From a virus (taxonomy: Duplodnaviria > Caudoviricetes), in IMG/VR virus record IMGVR_UViG_3300020045_003040, positions 1-32,920 of that record: a DNA stretch of 32,920 nucleotides; one strand, written 5' to 3'. Below, one piece after another: positions 25,358 to 32,807 of the stretch; the first letter of the stretch is position 1; each line of letters starts with the position of its first letter. Under the pieces are notes generated by a model. The model saw only the letters and a list, made by a program, of their open reading frames with translations, was not told where the DNA came from and did no database searches. The translations under genes and the position numbers were made by a program.

Positions 25358-25998
25358 TGGCCAAGGTTTACGAAAAGATCGCAGCGGTTCAGGCCGACCT
25401 AGCCAAGACCGGCATTGCCAAGTCGCGCCGCAATTCAGGGCAAGGCTATGACTTTCGCGGGATTGACGAAGTTTATGCCGCACTCTCGCCATTGCTGGCA
25501 GCGCATGGGCTTTGCATCCTACCCCGGATGATTTCACGGGAATGCGTTGAACGCCAAACAGCCAAGGGCGGCGCGCTGTTCAACGTGACGGTGGAAGCTG
25601 AGTTTGATTTTGTCGCTGCGGAGGATGGATCAATCCACGTGGTCAAGACCTTTGGCGAGGCAATGGATAGCGCGGACAAGGCCACAAACAAGGCGATGTC
25701 AGCCGCCTACAAATATGCCGCGCTCATGGCTTTCGCCATCCCGACCGAAGGCGACAATGACGCCGACGCGGTGACACATGAAGTCGCGCCTGCGCGTGAA
25801 CCAGCCCCCGCAATCACAGACGCCCAGCTTGGCGAACTGCAACAGCTTTTCGACCACTTGAACGTGCCGGTCGCAGAGTTTCTGGCAGTCGGCAAAATCA
25901 TTTCGCTCAAGCACCTCGCGGCGGATCGCTTCGACGGCGCGAAAACATGGATCAACACCCGCGCAAACGAACTGCGCAATCAACCGAAGGCAGCATAA
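25357..25998 (+). CDS. erf: ERF-family single-strand annealing protein
   Basis: IAK...N..QGYDFRGIDEVYAALSPLL..HGL and GEAMDSADKATNKAMSAAYKYA...FAIPT signature. Confidence 0.9.
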   Translation: MAKVYEKIAAVQADLAKTGIAKSRRNSGQGYDFRGIDEVYAALSPLLAAHGLCILPRMISRECVERQTAKGGALFNVTVEAEFDFVAAEDGSIHVVKTFGEAMDSADKATNKAMSAAYKYAALMAFAIPTEGDNDADAVTHEVAPAREPAPAITDAQLGELQQLFDHLNVPVAEFLAVGKIISLKHLAADRFDGAKTWINTRANELRNQPKAA

Positions 25999-26399
25999 TG
26001 CAAAACATCACCATCGACGGATACTTGTCCAAAGACGCCGAGCAGCGCCAAGCAGGCGGCGGGAATGTCACCACATGGAACGTGCCTGTCCGGCAGGGCT
26101 TTGGCGACAAAGAACAGACCAACTGGTTTCGCGTTTCGATCTGGGGCAAGCGCGCCGACTTCGCCAGCAAGGCCGTTAAGGGCGACTTCATTGTTGCCAC
26201 CGGGGCGCTGACTATCGGCGAATACAACGGCAAGCCACAGTATGAGGTCAACGCGGCGGACTTCACGCTGCGGAGCGCCGCGCCACGCGATGCCAGCGCC
26301 CGGACGCCAGACGGTAGCCGAGGCGCGCCGATCCAGTCGCAGGGTTACGTTGACGATTTGGACGACTCGATTCCGTTCATCGCGGTTGGCACTTGGTAA
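25998..26399 (+). CDS. ssb: single-stranded DNA-binding protein
   Basis: ITIDGYLSKDAE, TNWFRVSIWGKRA, KGD.I...G.L...EY, acidic tail DDLDDSIPF. Confidence 0.92.
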   Translation: MQNITIDGYLSKDAEQRQAGGGNVTTWNVPVRQGFGDKEQTNWFRVSIWGKRADFASKAVKGDFIVATGALTIGEYNGKPQYEVNAADFTLRSAAPRDASARTPDGSRGAPIQSQGYVDDLDDSIPFIAVGTW

Positions 26400-26452
26400 C
26401 AGTTCCACAGGAGGCCGGGTGGCGACCGCAAGGACAGCCACCCGGTTATTAC

Positions 26453-26800
26453 ATGACACTACCCCCACGCATTGCAAAGCAGGCCAAACGCGCAAGCCGC
26501 TGGCGTTCACAGGCGCATTGCTCATTCATCCGCCAGCATCATTGCAGCATCGCCGGGTGCATGGAGTTGCCCATAGAGGTTGCGCACGTTCGCATGGGAT
26601 CAGGTGCAGGCATCGGACAGAAGCCGGATGACTTTCGCACCGTGCCATTGTGCCGCGATCATCACGCCCGCCAGCATGAAGTTGGGGAGCGGACGTTTTG
26701 GGCCGGGGTCGATCTGGACGGGCTTTTGCGCGCGTTCCAGCAAGGAAGCCCCAAGGCCGGGGAAATCAGGCGCATCATGCAGGAGCGGGCAATTGGCTGA
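26453..26800 (+). CDS. DUF968/HNH-like Zn-binding protein
   Basis: RSQAH..FIR...C...GC....EVAHVR.G...GIGQKPDD..TVPLC.DHH..QH..GE.TFW. Confidence 0.8.
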   Translation: MTLPPRIAKQAKRASRWRSQAHCSFIRQHHCSIAGCMELPIEVAHVRMGSGAGIGQKPDDFRTVPLCRDHHARQHEVGERTFWAGVDLDGLLRAFQQGSPKAGEIRRIMQERAIG

Positions 26801-27227
26801 TACAGCACCCCTATATTTCGAGTCCCGCCTTGGGATGCTCAAGCCCGCCAATGCGCGCGCCGAAAACGCCATGCAGGAGATCAAGGGGCGCGTTCGCGTC
26901 GAGATCAAGGGCGGTATTGCCAACCAGCGCCGCCGTGGCCTGTACTGGCTTGTAGCGGCCATTGTCGCGCCATTGCTGAACGAACAGCACGGCATGACGA
27001 TAGACGATCAGGACTTGCACGACATCACCCGGACGAAGCTGCGGCTTTGCGATGAAATCACCCTGCCAAGCGGGGAGGTCCACCGCAAGTTGAAGTCCAC
27101 CAGCAACCGCCAAATGAACGAAGCCGACCGCGCCGATTACACCACGAAGGCGCTGGCCTTGTGGAGCGCGTGGTGCGGGATCGACGTAACCACACTGAAA
27201 CAGGAGGCCGAGAGGTTCGCAGCATGA
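26793..27227 (+). CDS. hypothetical protein, possible NinB/Orf-like recombination accessory
   Basis: TTG start after AGGAG; NQRRRGLYW...KSTS...M..A...DY pattern; in the recombination operon. Confidence 0.55.
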   Translation: MADTAPLYFESRLGMLKPANARAENAMQEIKGRVRVEIKGGIANQRRRGLYWLVAAIVAPLLNEQHGMTIDDQDLHDITRTKLRLCDEITLPSGEVHRKLKSTSNRQMNEADRADYTTKALALWSAWCGIDVTTLKQEAERFAA

Positions 27228-27661
27228 CCACCACCACCAGAATAGCCGCCATCATAACCGACGAAACCGGCCAGAGCGTGACGGAACATACTCCGGGCTA
27301 CCGTGTCACCGATGATGGGAAAGTCTATTCATGCGACCATAATTGGCGCGGTTATGGAGAGAGAGAATTATCCCAATTACCTCATAAGGATGGGTATCTC
27401 TCTGTCAGGTTAACGATTGGCGGCAGGCGCAAACGCTTTGCGGTGCATCGTCTGGTTGCGTCCGGATTTCTACCAGAGCGGCCTTCGCAAGTTCATGAGG
27501 TGCGACATCTAGATGGTGACAAACTGAACAACGCTGCCCGCAACCTTGCGTGGGGAACTCCTAAAGAAAATGCAGATGATCGTGAACGTCACGGAAAGAC
27601 ATCGCGCGGTGCAAGCCACTCTCTAGCAATCAAAAATGGATTGGAGCGTCGTCATGACTAA
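27224..27661 (+). CDS. HNH homing-type endonuclease (NUMOD4-like + HNH)
   Basis: PGYRVTDDGKVYS, GYLSVRL, VHRLVA..F, VRHLDGDKLNN...NLAWGTPKEN; AT-richer. Confidence 0.9.
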   Translation: MTTTTRIAAIITDETGQSVTEHTPGYRVTDDGKVYSCDHNWRGYGERELSQLPHKDGYLSVRLTIGGRRKRFAVHRLVASGFLPERPSQVHEVRHLDGDKLNNAARNLAWGTPKENADDRERHGKTSRGASHSLAIKNGLERRHD

Positions 27662-27992
27662 ACCGACACCGGGGCCTTGGCACTACCGGCCAGACGGATA
27701 CGATGACTGGGGAATTGTCCGGGCGTCAAACGAAGTCGGCAGGTTGATAGGTCCGATTATTTGCCAAGCGCGCGACCCTGAGGCGACGGACGAATGCACC
27801 CTTGCCAAGCATAGGGCCGCAAAGACCGATCCTTGGGAAGCAAATGCCCGCCTGATCGCCGCCGCGCCTGATGGCCTCGCATTGGCAGAAGCCTTTGACG
27901 CCTTCGCCAAGTCAGGCGTTTCATTCGTTTACCCGCCCGGATCGTTGCAGATGATCGCGGAATATCTAGCCAAAGCAAGGGGTCCACAATGA
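27654..27992 (+). CDS. hypothetical phage protein (TPGPW...EANARLIAAAPD family)
   Basis: 112 aa from ATG 27654, GGAG RBS. Confidence 0.8.
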   Translation: MTKPTPGPWHYRPDGYDDWGIVRASNEVGRLIGPIICQARDPEATDECTLAKHRAAKTDPWEANARLIAAAPDGLALAEAFDAFAKSGVSFVYPPGSLQMIAEYLAKARGPQ

Positions 27993-28285
27993 CCGAACGT
28001 AACGAGATGCCGACGCCGGTTCCGATGTGGTTGCGGGAGGCTGTATGCGCCGAACTTCGGAAAGATGGCGGCGTATGGCCAGTCAATGAATTTCACCGCA
28101 TACCGGGATGCAGAACACTTGCCCGCCTCCTTTGGGGACGCGGCGAACGTGAGCCGGTCGATCCTGATTTGATCGAGGCGCGGGCAATCGAAACCAAGTA
28201 TTGCGAGACCGGGCCGATGACGCGCGTCGAGATGGTCCTGATCGCCATCAAACGTGGCCGCGAACTAGCCGAGGCCAAGCCATGA
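27989..28285 (+). CDS. hypothetical protein
   Basis: 98 aa, ATGA overlaps at both ends. Confidence 0.7.
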   Translation: MTERNEMPTPVPMWLREAVCAELRKDGGVWPVNEFHRIPGCRTLARLLWGRGEREPVDPDLIEARAIETKYCETGPMTRVEMVLIAIKRGRELAEAKP

Positions 28286-29136
28286 CGGCGAAACTTCGCG
28301 TTCTCGATCTTTTTTCCGGCATTGGGGGGTTTAGCCTTGGCCTTGAACGAACAGGCGGATTCGAAACCGTCGCCTTCTGCGAAATCGAAGCGTTCCCGCG
28401 CAAAGTCCTCGCCAAGCACTGGCCCGATGTCCCCTGCTATGACGACGTGCGCACCCTTACCGGCGCAAGGCTTGCTGCCGATGGAATTGGCGTCGATGTC
28501 ATTTGCGGGGGCTTCCCGTGCCAAGACATCAGCTTTGCAGGACTTGGCGCGGGACTTGATGGGGAGCGCAGCGGCTTGTTCTGCCAGATCGCCCGCCTTA
28601 TTGGCGAATTGGGACCGCAATACGTCATCCTGGAGAACGTCGGCGCGCTGCTTTCTAGAGGGCTGGATGCCGTTCTCGGAACCTTGGCCGCGATCGGGTA
28701 TGATGCGGAATGGCACTGCATACCAGCTTCCGCCATTGGCGCTCCACACAGACGCGATAGGGTATGGATCATGGCCTACCCCGCGATCATGCAGCGCAAT
28801 GGCCGCAACGATAACGCCAAAGTCAGCATGGGGGGCAAAGTTTCCGAACTTGGAAACAATGGTGGGCCGATCTTTGTGGCCGACTCCATGCTCGTCAATG
28901 AGCAAGGGATCGTCGCCAGCTTCGCTAACCCGCAAGAATGGGCGCGACAGGTCGAACGATCGGCTAGACCATGCGATAATGGCTTCGCAGGGTGGGCAGT
29001 TGAACCCGACGTGGGTCGAGTGGCTAATGGGGTTCCCGACCGGGCACACCGACTTAAAGCCCTCGGAAATGCCGTAGTGCCGCAAATCCCGGAACTGATC
29101 GGGCGCGCAATCCTGACCGAAAGGCTCGCAGCATGA
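28282..29136 (+). CDS. C5-cytosine DNA methyltransferase, catalytic (alpha) chain: motifs I-VIII and X, no motif IX
   Basis: LDLFSGIGG (I), GGFPCQDIS (IV), LENV (VI), GAPHRRDRVW (VIII), LKALGNAVVP (X). Confidence 0.93.
   Translation: MTAKLRVLDLFSGIGGFSLGLERTGGFETVAFCEIEAFPRKVLAKHWPDVPCYDDVRTLTGARLAADGIGVDVICGGFPCQDISFAGLGAGLDGERSGLFCQIARLIGELGPQYVILENVGALLSRGLDAVLGTLAAIGYDAEWHCIPASAIGAPHRRDRVWIMAYPAIMQRNGRNDNAKVSMGGKVSELGNNGGPIFVADSMLVNEQGIVASFANPQEWARQVERSARPCDNGFAGWAVEPDVGRVANGVPDRAHRLKALGNAVVPQIPELIGRAILTERLAA
28427..29077 (+). CDS. nested +1-frame ORF: putative beta chain of the C5-MTase (candidate TRD + motif IX); start uncertain (ATG 28427, 28481 or later)
   Basis: Frame open 28322-29077 inside the MTase; two WPTP units; ends GQLNPTWVEWLMGFPTGHT, a motif IX-like sequence. 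Confidence 0.75.
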   Translation: MSPAMTTCAPLPAQGLLPMELASMSFAGASRAKTSALQDLARDLMGSAAACSARSPALLANWDRNTSSWRTSARCFLEGWMPFSEPWPRSGMMRNGTAYQLPPLALHTDAIGYGSWPTPRSCSAMAATITPKSAWGAKFPNLETMVGRSLWPTPCSSMSKGSSPASLTRKNGRDRSNDRLDHAIMASQGGQLNPTWVEWLMGFPTGHTDLKPSEMP

Positions 29137-29309
29137 CCCTAAACCACGAACAAGCCGAAGCCGCTGGCGTGATATTGACCGGCAAATGGGCTGGGCTAAC
29201 CGGGCATGACGCGCCGGAATATTGCGAACTGAAATGGGCGGATATTGTGCAGTCCGTTTTGCACATAGCGCGCGAAATGGTGGCGGAGATGGAAAGGGCG
29301 GGGGGATGA
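29133..29309 (+). CDS. 58-aa hypothetical protein (MTLNHEQAEAAG...)
   Basis: Translated by hand; ATGA overlaps at both ends. Confidence 0.6.
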   Translation: MTLNHEQAEAAGVILTGKWAGLTGHDAPEYCELKWADIVQSVLHIAREMVAEMERAGG

Positions 29310-29545
29310 CGGCGCGTTGGCCAAGTATGATGAAGCGCGCCACAGCCGCCGAATATTGCGACATGAGCGAGGCGGCATTTGAACGCGAGATTGCAGCGGG
29401 GCGGATACCAACCGGCGTATCGTTCGGCGGGCGCATCCACTGGCGCAAGGAAGCGATCGACAAGGCGCTTGACCGCGTATCGGGCGAGGTGGTTGATGAC
29501 GCCGAAGCCAAGTTCTGGGAGCGCCGCCGTGGCAAAGCTGCCTAA
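29306..29545 (+). CDS. xis: excisionase / AlpA-like HTH recombination directionality factor
   Basis: MMKRATAAEYCDMS...F......GRIP......GRIHW....ID; immediately upstream of and overlapping int. Confidence 0.78.
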   Translation: MTARWPSMMKRATAAEYCDMSEAAFEREIAAGRIPTGVSFGGRIHWRKEAIDKALDRVSGEVVDDAEAKFWERRRGKAA

Positions 29546-30539
29546 GGTCCGTTACACCAAGTTCACCCGCGTGAATGGCAAGATTTACGCCTATTTCAAC
29601 ACCGGGCGCAAGGTGGCGGGCAAGGTGGTATTCATCCCCCTGCCACCCTATTCCAGCGTCGGATTCTGGGACAGCCATTCCGCCGCGATGGGCGCGCGGA
29701 CAAAGCGGGCGCAAGTGATTTACACGGTTGCCAGTCTGGCCGACGCCTACCAGCGCAGCACCGAATTTGACAAACTGTCCGCAGGAACGCGCGCGGCCTA
29801 TGCCAGCACGATCCGCAAGGTTGTCGTAGAAGTTGGTGACTTCCGCGTCGAGCAGCTTGACCGCAAGCATGTCCGCGCGGTGCTGGATGGCATTCCCGGC
29901 GCTGCATCGCGCAACCTCTTTGTGGCTGTGGTGGGCGTCCTGTACAACTGGGCGAGGGGGCGCGACTTGACCGACCGCAAACCGACCGATGGCATAGCCA
30001 AGGAAAAGACCGGCGAACATGAACCGTGGCCAATTGAACTGCTAACCGCCGCGCTATCGGCGGAACATGATCTAACACGCCTTGCCGTCTGCCTGCTTTA
30101 CTACAGCGGGCAGCGGATTGGCGATGCGGTAAAAATGCGCTGGTCAGACGTGCGCAACGGCAAGCTGGCGCTGATCCAGCAAAAGACCGGCAAGCCCATG
30201 CTGGTGCCGATCCACAGCGCGCTTGAAGCCGAACTGGCGCGCGTTGACAAGCGCGGGCTGACGATCCTAGCCGATGAACATGGCAGGCCGGTTAGCGCCG
30301 GGACTGTCCGCAAGGTGCTGAAAGCCTTCGCCGCTGAGATTGGATTCGCCGCCGTCCCGCATGGCCTGCGCAAGAACGCGGTCAACTCCATGCTTGAGGC
30401 GGGATGCACGACCGAGGAAGTACAGGCGATCACCGGGCAGAGCGCGGGCATGGTGGCGCATTATGCCAAGGGTGTTGATCAGCATCGGTTGGGTGAGGCG
30501 GCGATAATTAAGTTAGAAAAACGTGCTAAAACTGTTTGA
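29529..30539 (+). CDS. int: tyrosine recombinase (phage integrase)
   Basis: YSGQRIGD (R), QQKTG (K), HGLRK (HxxR), ITGQS (Q in place of the second H), HY (catalytic Y); GTG start 29529. Confidence 0.93.
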   Translation: MAKLPKVRYTKFTRVNGKIYAYFNTGRKVAGKVVFIPLPPYSSVGFWDSHSAAMGARTKRAQVIYTVASLADAYQRSTEFDKLSAGTRAAYASTIRKVVVEVGDFRVEQLDRKHVRAVLDGIPGAASRNLFVAVVGVLYNWARGRDLTDRKPTDGIAKEKTGEHEPWPIELLTAALSAEHDLTRLAVCLLYYSGQRIGDAVKMRWSDVRNGKLALIQQKTGKPMLVPIHSALEAELARVDKRGLTILADEHGRPVSAGTVRKVLKAFAAEIGFAAVPHGLRKNAVNSMLEAGCTTEEVQAITGQSAGMVAHYAKGVDQHRLGEAAIIKLEKRAKTV

Positions 30540-30564
30540 CACTATCGGGATTGCCCTATAGAAG
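30536..30564 (+). promoter_or_regulatory. sigma70 promoter TTGACA-N17-TAGAAG with an imperfect palindrome in the spacer
   Basis: -35 overlaps the int stop; CTATCGGG-attg-CCCTATAG at 30542-30561. Confidence 0.6.
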
Positions 30565-30603
30565 TTGGTGCAGGGGATGACCCCGCCGACAGGAGAATGT
30601 AAG

Positions 30604-30873
30604 ATGACCAACCAGCCCAAACTTTCAGCCCGCGCTCAGAAGGCCCTCGACGTTCTCGCTAATGGTGGCGAATTGGTCCACCGCTTGGAGCGCAATAGCT
30701 ATACTGGCCGCGAACAGTTTCAGACCCGGTTCTGTGTCAGCGCGGCGTGGTCGAGCGTGGTTAAGGGCCTTGGGCTTGCTACGCGCACTGAATTGGAATC
30801 TGCAGGGTTCCGCTTTCGGAGGATCCACTCCTCGTCGGTCGCTACTCATTATGCACTGGATCATCGGGGGTGA
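30604..30873 (+). CDS. hypothetical protein (moron gene 1)
   Basis: 89 aa, AGGAG RBS. Confidence 0.7.
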   Translation: MTNQPKLSARAQKALDVLANGGELVHRLERNSYTGREQFQTRFCVSAAWSSVVKGLGLATRTELESAGFRFRRIHSSSVATHYALDHRG

Positions 30874-30876
30874 AAG

Positions 30877-30927
30877 ACCGGGGCAGTGTGCTTCAGTGAG
30901 AGGCCGCCCCGGTGCAATCCCGTTTTT
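30877..30927 (+). terminator. hairpin between moron genes (possible attenuator)
   Basis: ACCGGGGC...GCCCCGGT stem with inner GCTTC/GAGGC; T5 shortly after. Confidence 0.35.
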
Positions 30928-30953
30928 ATACCGACAACAGAAGGTTTTTGCAA

Positions 30954-31154
30954 ATGCCCGAACACTGGACGGATCGAAAGCCAACCGAGAATCTCATGGA
31001 TTATATGAACCGGCTTTATGACAACTGCGATTGGCCAGCCTTTGATTTAAAGGTGCAAGAATGCATTGACGCCAATTTGCCGCTACCTGGCCCGACAGTC
31101 GAAGCTTTGTATTTTTTGCGTCAAATGGAATTAGCTGAACATGACCCCCGCTGA
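30954..31154 (+). CDS. hypothetical protein (moron gene 2)
   Basis: 66 aa, AAGGT RBS, AT-richer codons. Confidence 0.6.
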   Translation: MPEHWTDRKPTENLMDYMNRLYDNCDWPAFDLKVQECIDANLPLPGPTVEALYFLRQMELAEHDPR

Positions 31155-31329
31155 CTTCACCGCGCTGCGCAAATTAATGGGCCACACACAGCACTCGTTG
31201 GCCGAGGCGCTGTTGATGGGCAAGCATGGCTGGCAGACGATCAGCAGTTGGGAAACAGGCCGAACACCAATCCCCGGCCCGGTCCAGATTGCGATGGACC
31301 ACCTCGCAAATTGCAGGGCGAACAAATGA
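31141..31329 (+). CDS. XRE-family HTH regulator without peptidase domain
   Basis: MTPADF..LRK.MG.TQ..LAEAL......TISSWETGRTPIP. Confidence 0.85.
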   Translation: MTPADFTALRKLMGHTQHSLAEALLMGKHGWQTISSWETGRTPIPGPVQIAMDHLANCRANK

Positions 31330-31502
31330 CGAAAGTTCAAACCCATTTCCAAAACCCGTCAAAAACGGCGGAAAACCGGACTTGTGATTTAATCGCAGGT
31401 TTACTTGCCCAGCCTGATATTTTTGCATTTTCCGCCGTTCAAATGTTCAAAACACCATGAAACAGATCAATGACATAGCGAAGGGGTTTCAAATGGAAAA
31501 CA
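31330..31502. other. putative attP region (arm-type repeats, 12-bp inverted repeat, IHF-like site)
   Basis: AT-rich; AACGGCGGAAAA (31364-75) / TTTTCCGCCGTT (31428-39); TTCAAA and GGAAAAC repeats on both flanks; GATCAAtgacATA near 31466. Confidence 0.55.
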
Positions 31503-31672
31503 CCGGCAAACACCACCCCGACTGCGGCCTGCTGTACGATGACGGCCCGGACGAATGCACGTGCGCCGTCTTGTGCGGCGTTGCGCACCCCCTAGCCCAA
31601 ATGCTCGCCACCGCCCAACTGATGGCGATTTGCGCGGCGATGGGGATGCCGTTCGTTCAGGAGGAATTGTGA
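31493..31672 (+). CDS. hypothetical protein (H..DC...ECTC motif)
   Basis: 59 aa from ATG 31493, AAGGGG RBS, TGATG-coupled to next gene. Confidence 0.5.
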   Translation: MENTGKHHPDCGLLYDDGPDECTCAVLCGVAHPLAQMLATAQLMAICAAMGMPFVQEEL

Positions 31673-32070
31673 TGGCGATGAACAAGGCCGAAAAGGCGCG
31701 CGTCGAAGCACTCGAAACCGAGTTGGCTTTCCGTTGGCCGCAAGAGGCTGAACCGCTGCCAATGACCAGGGCTGAAATTCAGGCCAATACGGTCGAAGTG
31801 ACGCGTAAGGATCAATCGGTAATGCGTACCCGGAAGGTTGCGTTGGGCTGGGTGCATAATGCCTATTCGCAACGGGTGGAACCCGCTTGGAGCGATGGGA
31901 ATATCCACGGCTTGGGCCATACAGGCTGCTACGGCAGCCAGACGATGGGGCGCATTTACCGGACGCGCCGGGATGCTACGCTGGCGATGCGATGGGAGAT
32001 GTGCCGCGACTTTGCCAAGAAGTTGCATCAGGTCGATCTAGCCCTTGGAATGCCTGGGGGTGGGAAGTGA
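31672..32070 (+). CDS. hypothetical phage protein
   Basis: 132 aa, AGGAGG RBS. Confidence 0.75.
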   Translation: MAMNKAEKARVEALETELAFRWPQEAEPLPMTRAEIQANTVEVTRKDQSVMRTRKVALGWVHNAYSQRVEPAWSDGNIHGLGHTGCYGSQTMGRIYRTRRDATLAMRWEMCRDFAKKLHQVDLALGMPGGGK

Positions 32071-32270
32071 GCGCGGGGAGAGACGGGCCGCGCGAATACG
32101 TCCATGTTCTCGGGCAGTTTAATAGGATGGCGGTTTGCAGCACGTGCCGCCGCAATGCACTCGAAATGCGCATGACGCATTGCTGCGAGGATAGGCTGAA
32201 CGACGTGGCTTTTACCTGTGACGATTGCCGCAGCGCAGTTGTTGCGCATAGGCATTTGGAGTGTGAGTGA
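32067..32270 (+). CDS. small Zn-ribbon-like protein (CSTC...CDDC)
   Basis: GTGA-coupled, 67 aa. Confidence 0.6.
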   Translation: MSAGRDGPREYVHVLGQFNRMAVCSTCRRNALEMRMTHCCEDRLNDVAFTCDDCRSAVVAHRHLECE

Positions 32271-32443
32271 TGCGAGAAGTATGGAAAGACGCGCCCGGTG
32301 TGCGTGAATTTGTCGGCGGCTGCTATCTGATTGATGAAACGCTCGGCAATACCGTGGTCGCTGCATTGCGCGCTGGCTACACGCTGGATCAGGTGCAGAG
32401 CCTGTGCAAGACCGGACTGACGCCAACGGAAACCGCGTCGTGA
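32270..32443 (+). CDS. 57-aa hypothetical protein (MREVWKDAPGVREF...)
   Basis: Translated by hand; TGATG start overlap and GTGA end overlap. Confidence 0.55.
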   Translation: MREVWKDAPGVREFVGGCYLIDETLGNTVVAALRAGYTLDQVQSLCKTGLTPTETAS

Positions 32444-32619
32444 TCCCCGAAGGCTGGACCGCGCACGACGGCGGGAAGATGCCGGTTGATGGCGATACAC
32501 TGGTCCGCGTCAAGAAGGCGATAGGGTGGGAGTACCACAGGTTCCCAGCCCGCGCTTTTATATGGGAACACAGCGGTAAGTCTATGTCCGACATCATCGC
32601 CTATCAGGAGGTAAAATGA
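32440..32619 (+). CDS. small phage protein (W..HDGG.MPV...V.V...W.H...DIIAY family)
   Basis: 59 aa, GTGA-coupled; recurrent phage motif. Confidence 0.7.
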   Translation: MIPEGWTAHDGGKMPVDGDTLVRVKKAIGWEYHRFPARAFIWEHSGKSMSDIIAYQEVK

Positions 32620-32807
32620 CCGAGGCAGAGACGACGGCGGGGCGAAGGCCGAGGGAACTGTTTGAAGCCATTGGCGAACTAGCGATGGCTATTGCGCCGC
32701 ACAATATGGATCGACGCCAGCGCGCACGAATATCCGAAGCGATAGGCGTTCTAGTCGATCATGTCCTAGCCCATGCACATAAGGATTTGAACGATGGAAA
32801 AGATTGA
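32616..32807 (+). CDS. hypothetical protein
   Basis: 63 aa, AGGAGG RBS, ATGA overlap. Confidence 0.65.
   Translation: MTEAETTAGRRPRELFEAIGELAMAIAPHNMDRRQRARISEAIGVLVDHVLAHAHKDLNDGKD

Noticed and set aside
28093-29535. 480-aa antisense ORF across the C5-MTase and xis
   Set aside because: No recognisable motifs; stop depletion is expected opposite GC-rich, doubly coding sequence. Treated as a shadow ORF.
30865-30930. Possible ribozyme or ncRNA in the moron spacer
   Set aside because: No hammerhead CUGANGA/GAAA core or other ribozyme consensus on either strand; only a plain hairpin.
31326-31460. ORF MTKVQTHFQNPSK... after the XRE gene
   Set aside because: It runs through the repeat-rich putative att region and its sequence mirrors those repeats; probably non-coding.
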